Shown: positions 62,761 to 64,000 of the stretch, piece after piece
Layout: every line of letters starts with the position of its first letter
Numbering within the stretch: the first letter of the stretch is position 1
Source: Takakia lepidozioides
Lineage: Eukaryota; Plantae; Bryophyta
Reading direction: 5' to 3'
NCBI GenBank assembly: GCA_030704615.1
Contig: CM060731.1
Location: 13,764,001-13,828,000 of the forward strand
DNA: 64,000 nt
Position numbers and translations under genes: made by a program
Notes under the pieces: model-generated
What the model was told of the DNA's origin: nothing
What the model saw: only the letters and a program-made list of their open reading frames with translations
The model's database searches: none

Positions 62761-63500
62761 CAACATTGCGTTAACGCAAGCTTGTATCCCTTTGTTTTGG
62801 TTTCACTTTCATGTACCTGGGGTATCCAATGAAGTCGTTATTCTGCATGTGAAAGGGCAAAAATTGACAGGCAAATCAACCTTGCGTCAACGCAAGGTTG
62901 ATGAAGGGCCAGGCTGTGTAGGTTTTCCTGTGTTCTTGGGCTATTTTTTTGGTGGTTTCCAGTTGCAATGCTGCCAGTATGAACTTAAAGTCGGTTTGGA
63001 GTTTGTTTGAAATGATGTTTAGAGCTTACAGTGTACCAACAAACAGCCTTGCGTTGACGCAATGTTGTTTGACGGTATGGATTGCTAGATTAATCCCGCC
63101 AAAATACCCCGATTTCCATACAATTGTAGGAAAGTTAAGGTTATCAAAAATACCCTGGACAGGTGTTTCAGCAGAGGAATTCAACCTTGCGTCAACGCAA
63201 GGTTGAATATCCATACCAGCAGATATTCGGATGGTGGTTTTCAAGCACTGTTTTCCATTCCTCTGTTAATGAAAACAACCTTGCGTTGACGCAATGTTGA
63301 ATTCCGTTGCCAATCACTGTCTCTTTCAATGCTACATTATCATAGGTGTATCCGCCAATCTTCTTTGCGTCAACACAAGGTTGATTGGGGTTCCAATGTT
63401 GTGCATGAGATGTTTTAGGATAATGGGCTTTCCCTCTTGTACGTGCTTGTTGAAAGTGCAGTTCTCCCAATTTGCATTGCGTCAACGCAATGTTGAATTG
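62761..63500. repeat. Seven copies of the same palindrome with unique ~60-140-bp spacers (intronic)
   Basis: Copies at ~62761, 62876, 63044, 63181 (consensus tcaaccttgcgtcaacgcaaggttga), 63275, 63361 and 63471. Confidence 0.9.
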
Positions 63501-64000
63501 GGCTTTCAAACGTTGGTTTATCAGTGTTACTGACTTGCATGCCAATACACTTTTCGTGATGTGTGATCTGTGTCCTGATCAGATCGATTGACTGTCTGGA
63601 TTTTGGGTGTGTGTGTCATTCAGGTATATGTATCATGTCCTCATACCGGGAAAGTACCTTAGCGATGACCCAGACTTCATCTACTCGTGGGCTGACCCCT
63701 CCAATGACAAGACAATGTACACGGCTGGTATTGCCAAAGACTGGAGCAGGGCGCACTTCAGAGACTGTGGGTGGTACCTCGATCTGCCAAAACGGGACAC
63801 ACCATTCGATGAAGTTGTTTTGAGAAACCTTAACGACAACGCCGCGGCACTTGCCCCACTGGCTGACAAAGACATTCAGGACAGAATCATTGCTGCTCTG
63901 GCTACAAAAGAGCCTGAGAAATCTGCTACTCCAAAACGGAAGGGGAAGATTGTCGGGGATCCGAAGGGGAAGGGGAAGAGTGCAGCTCCGCAGGAACAGG

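Larger units (their letters stand above)
48255..64000. mobile_element. Large Mutator-like (MULE) DNA transposon, defective, runs off the window end; carries a transposase, a ParB-like gene and palindrome arrays; nested chromovirus at 49226-56160
   Basis: Transposase on - strand, second spliced gene on + strand, and one palindrome family at 48477-48672 and 60341-63500. The left boundary is approximate (ACGTGGC/GTGAGC-rich block at 48255-48380). Confidence 0.72.
59848..64000 (+). pseudogene. Spliced transposon accessory gene with a ParB/sulfiredoxin-like domain; exons ~59848-60283, 60973-61571, 61651-61840, ~61894-62323, ~62408-62665, 63624->64000
   Basis: Exon 60973-61571 encodes VIPLCRMI..DITKLKNDFVHGY..FFVWDGNHRLLAW..LTAMHDINK. 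GT-AG boundaries are visible. A premature TAA lies in the 61651 exon. The last exon (YMYHVLIPGKYL...) is open to the window end. Confidence 0.65.

Noticed and set aside
60341-63500. CRISPR array (palindromic repeats with unique spacers)
   Set aside because: Spacers are long and irregular (~60-140 bp), repeats occur in both orientations, the context is spliceosomal introns, and no cas genes are present.

Overview
Repeat-rich eukaryotic DNA from a land plant. A non-seed plant (bryophyte, lycophyte or fern) is my inference from the PLS-type PPR relics and the TE types. Two apparently intact, spliced host genes lie tail-to-tail: a 5-exon GDSL esterase/lipase (+, 37765-40697) and a 3-exon BAHD acyltransferase (-, 41178-42982). 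The rest is mostly TEs and gene debris: two non-chromodomain Ty3/gypsy elements, two closely related chromovirus copies (the second complete, with 722/723-bp LTRs and a CATAG TSD), copia, Helitron, SINE and MITE remnants, and fragments of PPR, FCP1-like, RAD21 and BAHD genes. The most unusual structure is a large, now defective Mutator-like DNA transposon (~48.25 kb to beyond the window end). Its transposase has a GCM-like N-terminal zinc domain, a DDE core with CxxH, and a SWIM finger, and is split by the chromovirus insertion. Head-to-head with it is a spliced gene encoding a ParB/sulfiredoxin-like domain (VWDGNHR). About 20 copies of a 26-bp palindrome (TCAACCTTGYGT-nn-ACRCAAGGTTGA) are clustered in that gene's introns and near the element end. 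This resembles a ParB/parS-like module carried by a plant transposon. All domain calls are by eye; no database searches were run.
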